A program made the position numbers and the translations under genes. A stretch of DNA of 64,000 bases from assembly GCA_000934665.2 (NCBI GenBank), contig KZ538258.1:1-64000 (forward strand). Direction: 5' to 3'. Numbering within the stretch: position 1 is the first letter of the stretch; each line of letters begins with the position of its first letter. This DNA comes from Catajapyx aquilonaris (taxonomy: Eukaryota). Positions 63,911-64,000 of the stretch are shown piece by piece. The notes under the pieces are model-generated. The model worked only from the letters and a program-made list of their open reading frames with translations, was not told the origin of the DNA and made no database searches.

Positions 63911-64000
63911 GACTATAATTTCGCACTAACTAAGAAGCACCTGGCCTGTCGGCACTTCAGTGACAACAAGGAAGTGAAAGAGGCCGTCCACCCTTGGCTT
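63911..64000 (+). pseudogene. mariner transposase fragment (runs off the window)
   Basis: Translates to DYNFALTKKHLACRHFSDNKEVKEAVHPWL, matching the mariner DYHLFxxLKxxLxGxxFxxxEEVKxAVxxWL region. Confidence 0.8.

Noticed and set aside
1..64000. CRISPR arrays, operons, rRNA genes and the remaining short ORFs in the track
   Set aside because: No repeat-spacer arrays or rRNA motifs; the short ORFs lack splice or homology support and are expected by chance in intronic DNA.

Overview
Eukaryotic, most likely arthropod-type genomic DNA, almost entirely intronic. The window holds the 5' part of a minus-strand PX-SH3-RhoGAP gene of the CdGAPr / ARHGAP32-33 (PX-RICS/TCGAP) family. Three exons are firmly identified by family motifs plus canonical splice sites: 22417-22262 (RFPRLDECAHFHYE), 18163-18092 and 17827-17675 (PX domain, SWVVRRTYHDFRFLDRQLHRCVYDRKFS). 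Two further upstream coding exons (48955-48859 and 46998-46902) join them in frame, and a GC-rich candidate non-coding first exon/promoter lies near 61.2-60.95 kb. The rest of the gene runs off the left edge. The most interesting unexplained structure is in the >17 kb intron after the PX exon: a GC-rich candidate internal first exon (~8.7-9.2 kb), a GC-rich 159-196 aa orphan ORF (3734-4324) carrying a TQT motif and a basic cluster, and a 126-nt phase 0-0 candidate exon whose ATG overlaps the stop of the upstream frame. The introns also carry many DNA-transposon MITEs (Tc1/mariner, Tigger/pogo, piggyBac, Harbinger-like), tRNA-derived SINEs, microsatellites, a near-perfect 79-bp palindrome and a back-to-back pair of mariner 3' fragments at the right edge. 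All gene models were read by eye and not tested against transcripts. No prokaryotic-type system (CRISPR, operons) is present.
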